From: a virus
Taxonomy: Duplodnaviria; Caudoviricetes
Direction: 5' to 3' (one strand)
IMG/VR virus record: IMGVR_UViG_3300018475_000104
Span: 45,535 to 109,534 of that record
DNA length: 64,000 bases
Shown here: in pieces, positions 18,261 to 33,100 of the stretch
Numbering within the stretch: position 1 is the stretch's first letter
How the letters are laid out: every line of letters starts with the position of its first letter
The notes under the pieces: generated by a model
What the model was told of the DNA's origin: nothing
What the model saw: the letters and a program-made list of their open reading frames with translations, nothing else
The model's database searches: none
Made by a program: the position numbers and the translations under genes

Positions 18261-21200
18261 ATTTTGATCCCAAGTTCCTCCAGAGATTGTAATTCCAGAA
18301 ATTGACATTACATCAGAATCTAAATCAACAATAATTTTCTATCCGGTTTTTACTCCATAAAAAACTATTTTATTCCTGATTTCATCAGCAGGTGAGATAG
18401 CAAATAGTTCATCTGTATTAAAAGAAGACATATTAATACCAACATGATTCTGTCTTAGCTGCAGAGTACTCGAGAAAGGATAAAATATTAAAGCATCTGA
18501 ATAAGCTTCTACTGGATTAGAAGGTTGATTAGAAGAATCTATACTGGTATATATTTTTAAATAAAGTCGAATATAAAATTTCTTATCTACTTCCCAATTG
18601 GTAAGATAACTGTAACTACTGTTGATGATATTAAATAATTTATTTCCATTACTAGAAGTAGTAGATAAATATAATTCATTTGAGGGTTCAACTTGTATTT
18701 TATTTGAAAAATCAGCAGTTTCAGAATACTAAACAAAAATTTCGGCTTTCCCCGTATAACTATTTCCAATATATCTTTCAAAATAATGTTGAATTGAATA
18801 GGAAAGTTCATTATTTCCAGAAGAGATATTGCCGTAACCTCCATCAGTAATTTGATAGGAATATTTTAGTTTTTTATTGTTATCAACTTCAACCTTTTCT
18901 AATACAATATTTGGGTTTGTCCTTATCCCTCGAATTAAACAAAGATCAGTACCTTGTAATGAATTTAATGATTCTTTTCCTTTCGTATCTTTAACAGTTA
19001 TTTTAAAATATATAAACTTAACTTCACTTGGATTCTTTGAAAAACTATAAGTAAAACTTTTAGGGCTATCTTCTGAAGCAGTTTTATCGACATTAATCTC
19101 GGCAATTAAACTCCATGAAGGTTCACTATTTATAAAACTTGTAACTTTTTGGGAATTTTCCCAAGTATATAAACAATATTTTGAAACGTCGGAAAATCCA
19201 TTTGCATCGGTATATTGTAAATTAGTAAATTCAATCATCTCTCCAGGAAAAAATATTCTTGTTTCATTTTCATTTGTGGAAGAAGGAAAAATATTAACTT
19301 CTTTTCCATTTGAAGAAACCTTTATATTAACTGGGATTGCGCTATTATATACCATTATTTTTGGAGCTTCTTTATAATCTATTTCAATGCCTGTTTTAAT
19401 TAACGGTTCAGATTTTAAATCAAAGACATCTATTGCATAAACCTCAATCTAACAATTAGAATATAAAGTATTCTTATTATTAATTTCACTTGTTTCTAAT
19501 AAAATTTTTGATAAAAGTGTTGTTGAATTAAATAGTGATATATCTTCTTTAGCCTCTGAAGTTATTTCCGATACAAATATATCATTAAATGACCCATTGT
19601 TCGAATGAATATAAGTTTTATAAGTTAAATTATCATAAGATCCTGTTTTCGCATAGGGAGTTTCTAAAGAAATTTCTGGTGACTAATAGGGAAAAACTGT
19701 CGGATTACCAGTATAGATAAGATTTGTCCCCGTAAAACTTGGTTTAGAAGCTCTTTTATAGCTAAAATCTGTTGTAGAATCAATAATCTAGCCAGCAGTA
19801 TCTTCTAATCTTACTCCTATATGGTATAATTCACCTCGTTTAATATTAGAACTATCACTGTAAGTTGCAATAATTTCATTTTGACCATTAGAATTTAAAT
19901 TTGTCCCTTCATGTATAGAAGTTAAAACATTCGTAGTTTCGTTTTTAATATATATAAGTTTTAAACTTGCTATATTACATTGACCATCAATTATATTTGG
20001 ATTGGTAAATTTTAATTTTATCTTGTTACTAAAATACCATGATGATATTTCTTCACCATTATCATCAATTAATGAATTGTCTAAGTCATTTTTTAAATTA
20101 TTTATAACAACACCGGAAGGTTCCTTGGGAGAATAATATATTACATTATCATAAAATGTTTTCTAGGGTTCATCAGTTAAGTTATCTGTAATAGTTACTC
20201 CCAATCTAAAATAGCATCCAGCACTTAAATCCGTTAATTTATAATCTGAATAAGAAGTATTTGAACCTATATTACTTTTATCGCTGGCATTATTTATAGT
20301 AGAAGCATTAGAAGTTTGAAAAAACCAATTATATGTTTTTGGATCTCCAGCCGTTTTACTAAAAGAAAAAGATAATTTGTTAGTCAAACATTCCGCGCCA
20401 CTAGGAATTATGCCAGCATATTCATCCGCAGTAGAAACAATATTCCCTGTAATAGCTATATTTTTTGTAACTTTAAAAGTTTTTGCACTGCTATATTCTA
20501 AACCATCAAAAGAGTAAAAACTATATGTTATTGAAGAACCTTGCGCACTAGGAGCACTGAGAGTTACAGTGTTTCCTGTTATTTCTGTTTTAGTCTCTCC
20601 ATTTTGATAATAACAACTTACTGACTAACCCTAAGCATCAGCACCAGGAGTAACCGTTAGTTTAACAGTTGTAGCAGTACTAATTACTTCTGTTGGTCCA
20701 GTAACCGTAGGCGCGTTGGGCGGTGAGTTTACTGTTACAACTGCTACATTGGTATAATCTGAATAATATGATGAACCAGCCGAACCCAAAGTTCTAACTT
20801 TATAATTAATAGATTTACCCTTTGGCGCGTTAGAAGGAATGGTTGTTGTAAAAAAAGGTTTACCATCTGTCCCCGCAACTGTTCCGTTAATTGTTCCCAG
20901 TGATGTAAAAGCCGCGCCATTGATACTTCTTACTATTTCATAGCCAGAAATTGATTGAATGCCGTCTGGAGAAGTCCCTTTGTTCCATTTAAGAGTTATA
21001 TTACCGTTAATTTTCTATATATTGACATTACTTGATAAATTAGATGGTGCACCCATCTATTTATAGGCATTTTCATGTGTAATAGTAATTGTTGGACATT
21101 CGGTGTCACTACGAGTATCACAATGTATTTCTTGATATCCATAGTTATTTCCTCGCGCCTCAGACTAAACAAAAACTATCCATTTATCTTTTGTATAGTC

Positions 21201-21638
21201 TCCCCAAACGTTTGAATCTATATCAATTGTGTATGATTGACCACTCTAAGCTGTCAAATCTTCTTTTATACGAACAAAGCCAGTAGAATTATAGGCAACA
21301 TTTACTGCTGGCTAAGAAGTCATTATACCTATATCCCAACGACCAGAACTTGACCAACGTGTATTAATTTTAAAGCTTAGAGTTACTTTAGTGATTCTCT
21401 AAGGAACTGAATTGGCGCCTTCAATATTATTTTTTATGGTTGCGCCCGGTATTTTAAAATAAGAACGATATTTTGTTCTGCTTCCTGAATCATCTACATT
21501 TGTATAACCAGCAAGTAAGTTATAATAACCTGTGACCTCGCTATATTGTCTATTATACCAAGAAGAACCAGTAGAAGCCTTATATATTGAATTAAATAAA
21601 GTAGCATTTAATTCATTAGGATATTTAAAAATTGCCAT
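18252..21638 (-). CDS. Large Ser/Thr-rich tail/baseplate protein with FN3/Ig-like repeats (about 1128 aa, TAG-recoded)
   Basis: Track fragments starting at 21638, 20387 and 19355 share one frame and end at TAG; TAA at 18252. Confidence 0.75.
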
Positions 21639-21643
21639 TCTAT

Positions 21644-24514
21644 TTACTCCTTTATCTCAGTTATCTCATCGGCCATAATATAGATATCATAACCAATAAT
21701 ACATTCCACATTTGACGCGTCTGATACAACTTGAATTATCATTTTATCCTGGCCACTATTATTTGTTAAGTGAAGTTCTTTTTTAGTAACCAAACTACCA
21801 GAAAATTTTGCGTTATCTTTATTTAACGAAGCTATTGTTTTATTTTCAACTTCATTGTTACTATCGTTTTTAATTTCTTGTTTGATATTAAAATAATCAA
21901 TATTATTTTCTTTCTCACCATTTAAAGAAAAAGAACCCTCATAAAATTTTAAATAGCCATTATTAAGTAAATCAATTTTTGAGGAGAAAACTACGTTTTC
22001 GTTTATAGTATTAAACTCTCCAATAGAAAGTTTAACTGATTGGAGGGCTACTTCTTCATCTTTCACCGAGGGATAGATACTTATATTTTTATTAAATCTA
22101 ACAACTTCACCAAATTCGGCCTGGTTTAAAATCCAAGTTGCATCTGCATCTGTTCTAAACCATTCTTGTGGGTCTTCATCGTTTCCATTCCAAAATGAGA
22201 TACCTTCATCTGCATTTTGAATTACAAGTGCTGCGGTCTTTGGCTTTTCTGTCGTACCTCCAACTTTTGTGTCTCCAATCCCTTCGATTACTGCTGTCTA
22301 AATCTTGGCAGCCTAAATTATAGCATCGGTAATGATTGTACCATTAAAATAACCACTGCCAGCATAGAGATTACCATACATATCTACTCTAAAATTGGCA
22401 GATTCAATAGCATCTATTTCATCACTTTCCGCGCCGGCCCATAATAAAATATTACCTTTTTTAGCATTAGGAAACATTGTATTATTATTATCTATCATCA
22501 TTGCTTCTGAATTTGTACTGATACCAGAAGCATAATCATCAGTCTTTGCTATCATAGAACCCTTAACCAAAACATTATCGGCATAAAGACCCCAAGATCC
22601 AGCAAGAGTTCCATAAAAGTCTTCATCTGGTATTTTTCCAATAACTACATGATTATTAGTTAACAATACTTCGTCTATGAGTCCTTTATTTTCAAAAACA
22701 GTGATTGCCTAATCAGGAAAACCATTAGCATCATTTTTAGAAGAATTAATAGAAATACCAATATCACTTTCTTTTCCAAAATTTACACACGTTTTTCCTA
22801 TTAATGATTTAAGTTCAGCATCTTCACCTTTAAGGTCTAATTTAATTCGGTTCTATTCATCTATAGTAATTATATAAAAAAGTTCTCCTATTTTACATAA
22901 ATCACCTGAAATAAAACCTGTATTATCTTCATCTTCTAAAGCAATAAAATAACTAGTAACTTCAGTATTCTAATCTATTTCTTTAAAAGCATTTTTTATA
23001 ATACTACTTGGACGAACCAATAAAATTCCTCCGACGGCTTGAGTTTCTCCATATTCTAAAACTGACGCTTTAATAGAGCCAGTTACAACAACATTCTTAA
23101 ACTCTGCGGAAAAAGGTGATAAACTCCAATAATAGCCAAGATTTTCATTATCATCAATTGGTAAACCTTTAATAGTAGAATTTGGACCATCAATAATAAT
23201 ACCACCTGCTTCAATGGTACCATTATCTTTTATCATGAGGCTTGCATCAGAATTGGAAGTAGTAGAATACAATACAATTTGATTATTCTTTTCTAGAGTA
23301 GCATTGTACAAATAAGTATAATCTCCTAATTTTAAATAATCTGCTATTTCTGCATTAGATCCTAACTTTAATTCATTGGCGTAAATGGTACCATCTGATT
23401 TGATAGAAAAACCCGTTTGATCTGCTTCAGAATAATTAGAAGAAGAAATCGTTCCATCCTATCCACTTATTTGAATATTTTCAGCTGAAGACTATTTTTG
23501 AACAGTTAAAACACCGCTTACAATTAAGTTTTGTAACTCTCCTTGCTATGCTGTAATCGTTCCAGTAAAACTGCCCTCATTCGCGATAACTTTTCCTTCA
23601 AAGGTACCTGAACCTACAATTTTTAATTCTCCATTTTCGGTGATTTCAAAAAGAGTCCTTGTTGGAGAGTCTTCTCCCGTGGTACCATTTATTCTAAAAC
23701 CACCATTCCCAATGGTTAATCCATATTCATCAAAAGTTAGTTTAGTACTTTGAATTGAAGCATTGATATTTCTTGCATTGATGGAAAAATCTAATAAATC
23801 AGAAGTTAAACCATATCGAAAACTAAGAACTTTAATTGCTATTATTTGATCATTTTCTTTTTCTTTAATAATGATTTTTAGAATATTATCTCTAGAAAGT
23901 ATTAGTTCTTGTAGTTTTATTTGTTCATCTGATTTTGATTCTGCATTTAAAAATTCGGTAAAAGATATAACACACTTTGAGCTTTCTGCCTCTTTACTAA
24001 TATAATCCTCTAATATATTTGTAATATCTCCAAATGTATTCTATTTTAATCCCGTTCCACTATCTTCTACTTCACCACCAACAGTAGAAAAATCGGAAAA
24101 CTTTAATTCAATTGTAACCTCTTTCATCTAAAAATAAGTATTATCTTTAACTTTTTTTATTTCAATTTCCAAGATTTCTGGACTTAGTTCAACCTTTTCA
24201 TCATTTCTAAATTTTAAAATCTCTTCTTGGTTGGTTTCAATAAGATAACTATTTCCATCTTCACCAGGTTCACCGGGTTCGCCTTGAGGACCAACATATT
24301 TTGACCATTGCGTGTCATCGGGCGCGTTCTCTGGTTGGCCGCCATCTAAAGCAGTTCCATTATATATACCTATATATTGAGAGTTAGCATTAGGGGTTAT
24401 AGTAACCCCTTCTGCTACTCCATTTTCATATAATTCGGCATAATATATATAGGTGGCTTTATCAATTAAATCAACCAAAGTAATTTGACCGGTTGAAACA
24501 ATTTTCTCACCCAT
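21644..24514 (-). CDS. Minor tail/fibre protein (about 956 aa, TAG-recoded)
   Basis: Fragments starting at 24514, 23311, 22666 and 22066 are co-framed; short collagen-like GPQGEPGEPG. Confidence 0.75.
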
Positions 24515-27500
24515 TCTATACCTCCTTTTTACTCACATTACATATAAAAGTTTTACTAAAATTAACCTATTCCGCACTTACAGCCAACTCTCTTCCGTTT
24601 CCTAGCAGCTCGTTATCATCAGCGCTTACCCAAGAATAATCATATTCTGTTCCATTTACATCAATTTGCTAGCCACCGCTAAATAACTATGCTACTAATG
24701 TGGTATTACCGATACCATTTTTAAAATAAGTACCATTACTAGAAGTAATAACCAAAGTTATTGCATCATCGCCTTTTTCTCCATCTTCACCTTTTTCTCC
24801 ATCAGAGATGGCCATTATTGTTTTCCAAGCAGTATACGTGTTTCCATCCGTACTTCGCGCGACTGCTTTAATGTAATATGTAGAATTAAAGCTCTTTTCT
24901 TTAAAATCGTCATAAGTTAAAGTATAAGTTTCTTCTGTGCTTAAGACGGTGCCCCAATCCTCAAAATTAGAACTACCATACCAAGCAATTGAATGTAATT
25001 CAAAGCCGACTACTTCACTCTCTAAAATTAAAGAATTTGTATTAGGCGTTCCGCTCTCTACTTTAAAAGTATAACCTGATTTTGAAATAATGTCAAGTTT
25101 TCGAGTTTGTTCGACAACGTCTTCAACGTCATCAATAGTTAAATTACCAATTTTTCCGCCAGTTGCAATAATCGTACCTTCGAACTCTGCTCCCTAAGCG
25201 ACCATTTTGCCATCTTCATAGACAACAAATTTCTATTCTCCCTTACCAGCATGAATTACTTCATGAATTGCAGTATTGTCGCGCGTATCTTTAAGATAAC
25301 CAATCTATACAGTTGCTTCTTCTTCAGAGATGCCTTTGGCTCCAACAATCAATTTGTTTCTTAACCAAAGCTCGCCATTATCATCTGATTCCATGACAAC
25401 CGCACCTTCTGAATTAGAAATTCTAATACCATAGTTCGGATCTAAATCAGAATTAAGTCTACCAATTTTAATTCTTTCTTTTTCACCCTCAAAAACTGCA
25501 ATATCATTTTTTGAACTAACTTCAACGTGACCTTTGCCTTGACGATTCTTAACAAAGAATCCATCCCAAGTCATACCAAAGTTGGCATTATCCCAAATTT
25601 CCTTTTCATTTTCAGGAGAAAAAGTTTTATCTTCATTCCAACCATTAATACCATAAATACCATATTGATCAAATCGAACAAAGGTATTTAAATCGGTATA
25701 ACTATAGATTTGTTCTTGACTATTCTTGCCTTCTTTTCTAGAAAAAGCATTGATACCATCAGAATCCCAACGGAAAGCGGTATGCTCACCATCTTGAATT
25801 ATGATGTTGTTTGTATTAATCGCGCCGGCAGTTAAATACTGAGTTGAAATACCCGTGCCTCGAATACCACTCTTCCAAGTATTACCGCCGTCTGTTGATA
25901 AGAAAATACCACCAGAAGTTATCTTAACTTTATTATTAGGGTTAGATGAATCAACTAAAGTTAATCCAGTATTATCCTAAATAAAAGTTTCATTTTGCGC
26001 GCTAATTACCAAGTTTTGGTTTAAAGCTAAACTATTCGATAGAGTTAAAGTATTAATTGTACCATCAGGTTCTATAATGTTTGCCGCACGCTAATATTCA
26101 CCAGAAGCATATTGAAGACTTTGTGTGGTTGCTGTTATGCGTTGAAATAAATCTTCAAATTGTGTTTTATAATTCTAAACTTTAAATGAATCTTTTTCTG
26201 GAGAATCAAAATTTGAAGTAATTTCAGTTACTAAAACTTTTTCTTTATAAGGAGTAAATCCATCAGACATAAATCCAAAGAATTCGGTATCCTGGACAAA
26301 GCTAATGTCTCCTAAATGAAATGTTTTATTTTTAAATTCTTCAAGCGCGCTAATTCTTAAAACAGAAATGTTATAAGTAATTTGAGGCCGTGAAGAAGTA
26401 TACGCAACACTTTGCGCGTCAAGATAATAATAATCATCATCAATATAGTCTTGGGAAGTCCAAGAACCTTCTTGTAAGAAACGAGAATATTTTGTATAAA
26501 ATTTTGTATCATACTCTACTATCTCTTCAATTATCGTTTCTTGTCTTTCTTCTGTATCGGTAATGATTTCATCTAAATTAGATAAATTATTAGTGATAGT
26601 ATTAACTAATTTATCATAATTAGCATAGTTCTTTTTCATTACACTGCGCGCATTCATTTTGGTCTAGACTTTTGTATCATCTTTGTGACCTTCTAGGTAA
26701 GCCTGTACATTCTCCCAGTCTTTTGCACCAGTATGTTGTAAAATTTCATTTTCTATTTCTTGAATTTCTTCTTGCGCCGCGTCTCTAGCAGAAGTATAAG
26801 TAGACAGTAAAGCTTCCTGTCGGGTCTTTTCAGCTTTATTATTTTTTAAAACCTCTGCTATTCTCTCATTTTCTTTATTTAATCTGTTTAAGTTAAAGTA
26901 ATAACCAATCTCAGAAGAGGAGTCATATAAATCCTTATTCAGTGCACCAGCATCTAACATACCTTGATTAATATAATAATCAAAGTTTAAAATAAAGGTT
27001 GACCTTGCATAATTTTCACGACTTCGCGCGATTGTACATATCCCATCAATGGCTAATTCGTTAATATTGGGCTATACAATTACTTTTGATATAACTTTAT
27101 CCGAATTAATTGTACGAGAAATTTGTTTTAAGTCTATTCCATAAATAAAGCCTATACCAGTATCTTTACCTATTTCTTTTTTAAAATAAACTTTCTTTTG
27201 CGGTTTGCCATCGACTAATTTTATCGCACCGTCATCTTCATGTTCAATCTCAAAGCGCACCCAACATTCAAAAGTTTCAGCTATTGTTTGTAATAAATTA
27301 AATCTATTTGAATTCTTTGCGGTTATTGAACGAATTTTCTCTTCATACTTCTCTCCATCTTTTTCTACTGTATTATAAACAATCTTATAATCAGCAGACG
27401 GAGCAGAAAAAACTGAACCAACTAAATCATCAATAGATGTTGCTTGTGAATTTTCTAATGGATTGTAGTATACATAAACTGTTCTAACAATACCTTGTTT

Positions 27501-29072
27501 TTCAATCTCTCCTGGGTTAATGCGTATATTATCGGCAATCTCTGTTTTACCAAAAATCTCTTTAAAAAATTCTACTTTTTCTATATAAATTTTAGAAGGA
27601 ATATTAAATAAAATACCAAAATCTTCTGCTTTTAATAGTTCACTTCTAGAAAGTGTTTTAACACACTCTGCTTCATATTCCAACCAATTATCAATTATTC
27701 CTTTATTAGTAATACTGAAATAAGGTTCACCAACAGAATAAATATTTTGCTCTCCATCGAGCTAAAAAGTTCCTATAAATGGCGAAACTTCATTGGAATA
27801 TTCGTCTTTGCTTAAATCTTTCTTGGCTTTAATACGAATAATATAACGTTCACCTTTCTAAAAACCCTTTTCAAGATATTGACTATTCGCTTTGATTCCT
27901 CTATTTAAATAATAGCCACTATTATCTAGTCTTAAATAACTAAAAGACTCATAATTTTCAATTTTAAAAGCTTCATTTGATTCAAGATCTGCTAAAGAGG
28001 GATAATGCTCAAAAGTAATAGCGCCAAAGCCGCCACCAGCCCAACCCTCAATATTAGAAAAGTTTTCATAATTCGCAAGTAAATTTACAACAACAATAGG
28101 ACTATTGTATTCTGTTTTTTCAAAGCCATAAATTTCTATTGGCTTATTATTTTCATCTTTACCTTCGTAAACATAAACAGTTCTTTTAATAGTAGGATCA
28201 TAAACCTACTTTTGCTAACGAACTGGTCTCTCCGCGCGATAACGAGAGGAAACTTTTTCGCCATTGGCTAAATTAAATTTAATCTTCGCAGTATCAATTG
28301 TAACAGTATAATCATTTTCTTCCCATACAACATTTTCTACTCCATAAACTGGCATATCAATAATCAACATACCATTTTCTTCAGTAGAAAATTGACCAGT
28401 CGTGCTGTATAAGAACTAGAAGTAAGGATTTTTATTAATTACTGTTGAATAAAATACAAGTAGTTTTCCATTTCCGTTAGTTGAAATAGTCGTTCCATCT
28501 ACCTCAAAACTACCTGTCATATCAATACCACTTACTTCATAAACAGCCTCTTCTGTAACTTGTTCAATAATATCACTACCTGCAAACTACCAATCACTTC
28601 CTTCGAGAACCTACTCTCCTAAGTATGCGGCGGTGCCTAGATTATTACCAAGTTTTTCATCAAATTCAAGATTAAAACCAGTTTTACTTAATTCATTAAT
28701 AAATAAATCTTTACAAGTATAAGTAATTGATTTACCATTTGAATCCTCTTGAATACTTTTAATAACCAAGTCATACCACTTGTTTTTCCAAAAGGCTTTA
28801 ATTTTTCTTTCATTGGTCATTAATTTAGCAAAAGGATTAATGACTTTCTCACCAGTTTCTGTATCAATATAGGTATAATACATCTTAAAAGTAAAAGTAT
28901 TACTACCATTAATATTCTCAACCATTTTTGGTTCAATCGCGCGCCATTGCGCGGTTAAAGTATCAGAACCAATTATGGCTAATTTTTTTTCTGCATAGTG
29001 CTCAGGAATATTATCTGTCGCAGCAACAAGATAATCTTCCCAGAGGCTTATTTCATATTTATCTTTTAACAT
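24507..29072 (-). CDS. Tail-associated Tal/central spike protein (about 1521 aa, TAG-recoded)
   Basis: Fragments starting at 29072, 27683, 26960, 26657 and 25574 are co-framed; follows Dit; ENINGSNTFTF N-terminal pattern; ends at TGA 24507. Confidence 0.75.
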
Positions 29073-29083
29073 ATTAAGCCTCC

Positions 29084-30064
29084 TTAATAGTAAATATAAT
29101 CATATTCAATTGTGTATTTAAAAGGTACATTTAAAAGAAATTCGCCAACAGGAATTTTAAAGAAATCTCCTTTAGAAACATACTCATTGTATAAAGTGCC
29201 AGTTTCTTTGCCATTATCATCAATACCACTAATTAAATTAGTTTTACTATTAATACAAATACCAGCATCATCCTTCTCATCTTTCTATTTTGGTTCGATT
29301 TTGCTCAGTTCTAAATGGCCAACTTCTATGTTTTCTTCATTTTCAAGTGTTATCTTACCTTGAATTGAGCCATCAGCAAACTTAGCAAAAATCTTACAAT
29401 CAGTGTCAAAATCTCCACCATTATAAATATTTGCTTCATCCCAATCAAAAGTCCCTTCTGCTTTAATTCCACTTTCAATGCGCCATTCTTCAAGATTTCC
29501 TATTGAGGCTTCTCCAAGTATGCCTGGTTTATATAAATCTCCACCTTCTGCCTCTCCAGGCCAATTATCCCATTCTGGAATATTAGCACTGGTATAGTCT
29601 TCCAAATATTTAAATCTACTTCGCGCGAAAGGATAGTATGCAGTAAACGTTAATGTTCCTTCTCCTTTGTAAATTCTACAAGGATTACCATCCTTATCCT
29701 CTCCATCAAAACAAATTGTCTTCAACTAAGGAGTACCAGTAGATTTAGCCATATAAACTTTGTAAGGTCTTTCATCAAAAATTAACTCATGAATACCCTT
29801 ATCGCCAAAATGCTGCCGCAGTCTACGATATTGCGCTTCTGTTAAACTATCAAAAGCAATTGGCACATTAAATGGTCTTTGCGTGTAAAAACTGCCAAAA
29901 AAATAAGTGCCATCCGCGCCAGGTACTTGAACTGTTTTATCCTAAATGGTAGGCAATAAATTTTCATTATATCTACTACCATCACTCGTTCTAGTAATAC
30001 CTAATTCCGAGGAATGAACACCATTAAAACTAAATGATATAAAATCGCCTTTTAAGCCGCCCAT
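29084..30064 (-). CDS. Distal tail protein (Dit-like, TAG-recoded)
   Basis: Starts MGGLKGDFISFSFNGVHSSELGI...VPGADGTYF...LIFDERPYK; lies directly after the tape measure gene. Confidence 0.8.
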
Positions 30065-30146
30065 TTCTTTTCCTCCTTTAGTCCTATAAAAAGGAATAAC
30101 TCCTTACTAATTCTAAGTGAAGAATTAGTAAGGAGCCTCCAATAAA

Positions 30147-33100
30147 TTACCGTTGTAGTGAAATTGTGTTTACATTTCGATACATACCATCTTCATAGAT
30201 ATTTTGTTTAATACGTTCACTTAACTGGTCTACATCGTAATCACTACCGATTTCATCAACAATGATATCAATATCAAAGTAGTTGTCGCCGCCTTGTGCG
30301 GAAGTTTTTCCGGACATCGCGCCGAGTGCATCGGCCAGGATATCTTTTAGTACGATAAAGTTTTTGGTGTCTTGTTGGTTTAGAACAAGTTCGGGATGGG
30401 ATTTTGTTCCGTCTAACCAAGCTGGGCCGGTGAAATCGGCAAGACCGCCGGTTTTGAAGGCTTTATACTTAGCGGATTTCATAACCGCATCATGAGTTTT
30501 TGGCCCATAAATACCATCAGCACTTACTCCAACTGCTTTTTGAAGTTTTCTTATTGCAGCAGTTGTTTTTTCACCAATAATACCATCAATAGAACCGGCA
30601 TTAAAACCTGCAGCATTTAAGGCTTTTTGAAGTGTTTTTATTTCACTTTTTGTTGTTGGCCGACGTTTTGAAGCAATAGTTTCTGTTAAAGACTTAAAGT
30701 AGCCCTTGTCAGTACCTTCGTTATCGTCAAGGGATGTTGTTCCTCCCTGCTCTCCACCTTGTGTTTTAGGAGATTCTTTCTTTTTCTCCCCAGCCTCTTC
30801 TGCAGTAGTATAATCTCCATTAAACATCTGCACAACGTCTTTATAAGTTTCACCATCTGCAGTTGTAACACTACCATCTTTATTAACAGTACCAGTTAAA
30901 GTCTCGCCTTTACTATTTCTAAAGGTGACAGTTTTACCAGCTATACCATCAATCTTCTCAAGCTATCTACTTGAACCTTCTCCTATAATCCAAGCCAAAC
31001 CACTCATTATAGTTTGTTCAAGATCATCAACCCAAGTAGCTTTTTGTTGTTCAGACATTGATTTCCAATCGCTATTAGCAGTTAAAAGTTTGCCTAAAGG
31101 AGAAGATGGATCAATTTTACCATCATTTTCAACCAGTTGGGCAATTAAATCATGTGCTTGTTCCCAGAAATATCCGGTTTCTTGCTAATAATCAAGCTAA
31201 GATTGCATTATCTCAATCTAACGTTCTCTTTGCTCTGCGGCCTCCTCATTGGCTTTATTTAGTCGTTCAATTTCTTGGTCAACTAAAGTATCGCCATAAG
31301 ATTCTCTTGCTTCGGCAAGTTGTTCTTCAAGTTCAAGAATCTCAAGACGATTACCGCTAGAAGTATCCGCGCGCAAGTATGCGAGACGAGCTTCCATTTC
31401 AGCAATATCTTCTTCTTGTTTTGTATTGTCGCGAATCTAACGCTCTAGGTCAATTGATTCCTGAAGTGCAGTTAGCATATTAGAAGAAGATTCAGACAAG
31501 GTTTCGGAAAGCGTTGAATAATTATCAATTAAAAGTTGTCTATCAGCAACAATTGCATCGTAAACTTGTTGTTCAAGTTCTTCATAATCTTCACGACCTT
31601 GCTCAAGAATCTCAGCAACTTTATCATCGATTTCATAAAGAGTATCTTCTGTTTCTTCGATTTGACCAGCAACTTCATCATAACGAGATTTTAAAGCTTC
31701 AATTAATGCACCCTGGTCTTCACCAGTTTTTTCATTTTTCTCAATTGCTTCAATTCTGTCCCAGTCAATCCAAAGCTCTCCGGTTTTCTGGTCATATCCC
31801 ATGTACTTATCAATTGAGCCAAGTCCAAGACGTTTGAATTCTTCCGCAAAAGTTGTACGGAATTGTTCCTCTTCATCTCCGTTCCTTTTTGTTGCAATGT
31901 AAGATTCATTTGCTAGATTCTTTAGTTGTCTTTTTCTTCCTTCAAGAAGTTCCTTTTGTAAGCTGCGCTCTCGTTCAAGATTTGCAAGTTGGTCTTTTTG
32001 GTTTTCGTAGAGGTCTTTGAAGGTTTTTGTACGATCTTTTAAGATTCGGTCGTAATCAATTTCAAGTTGATTGCGGTCACGAAGAGTTTCATCAATTTGT
32101 TCTTGTTTGTTGTGGAGTTCATCGTAGGGATTTTCCCAGTGCTAAGTTTTTGGCTTCGAGGACCCACCTCCGCCACCGCCTTTTTTCTATTTTCCAGCAT
32201 CTATATTGCCAGTAGAAATTCCTCCTCCACCAGAACCGGTAGAAGTTAAAGTTTTAACAACAGGAAAATAACCTGTTATACTTTGTGGCTATCCAGTTGT
32301 AGTAACAGTATGCCATTTTGTAGGCATTTTACTGCTCGGATCATATTCATCAATAACACGTTCTGTATATTCAGAAGGAACCATTCTGGTATCTTTAACA
32401 TATTCTATTTCTGCATCAAAACCCATTGCTTTAACAGATTCTTGAATCTGTTCAGCCGATAAGTTTGACGCTGCAGCCATATCGTTAAAGGCATTAATAA
32501 ATTCTTGTGACCCCTCGCCATTCCACTAGACACCAGCTTCTAAATTAGGAATATCAACCCCTTGTATATAGTCTGAAAATTCTTGAATGGCGCTTTTCGC
32601 ACCCTCAACATCTTCTACTTGTAAGCCTAAGTCTATATTATTTAGATAGTCAGAAGCAGCAGCTTTTTGTAATGCTTCTAAAGCTTCAGTATCTCCTTCT
32701 GCGGCCTTCTTTAGATTATCCATATTCTCTGCATTGTCCCAGAAGGCATCAGATAAATCTTCGGAAGTATTAAGCATTGTATTAACAGACTTCTTTAATT
32801 TATTATACGCTGCGACATCTTCGCTTGAACTTGCTTTTATAGTACCAGTATTTTCGTCAATCAATCCTGTCCATTCGTCATAAGATTCAATGATTTCACC
32901 TAAACCTAGATTCATCTTAGAATTTGCTAAGGCAACCTAAGTCGCAGTTACTTTGTTAAGACCTTCATTTATATTTTGAAGATGCTCAGCATAGGCTGTC
33001 ATTTCATTTACATCGAGACCTGCCTCTATAGCTTCATTTTGCGCACTATAGATTATACTTTCATCGCTATGGCCCAACGCCTCTGCTTCAGCCGAGCTAT

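Noticed and set aside
24516-24518. TAG just before the next gene's ATG as a genuine stop of the Tal gene
   Set aside because: It is ambiguous: read-through adds only three residues before TGA 24507, so it is compatible with recoding and uninformative.
16032-29072. Diversity-generating retroelement or invertible fibre cassette
   Set aside because: I saw no reverse transcriptase, invertase or template/variable repeat pair in this window.
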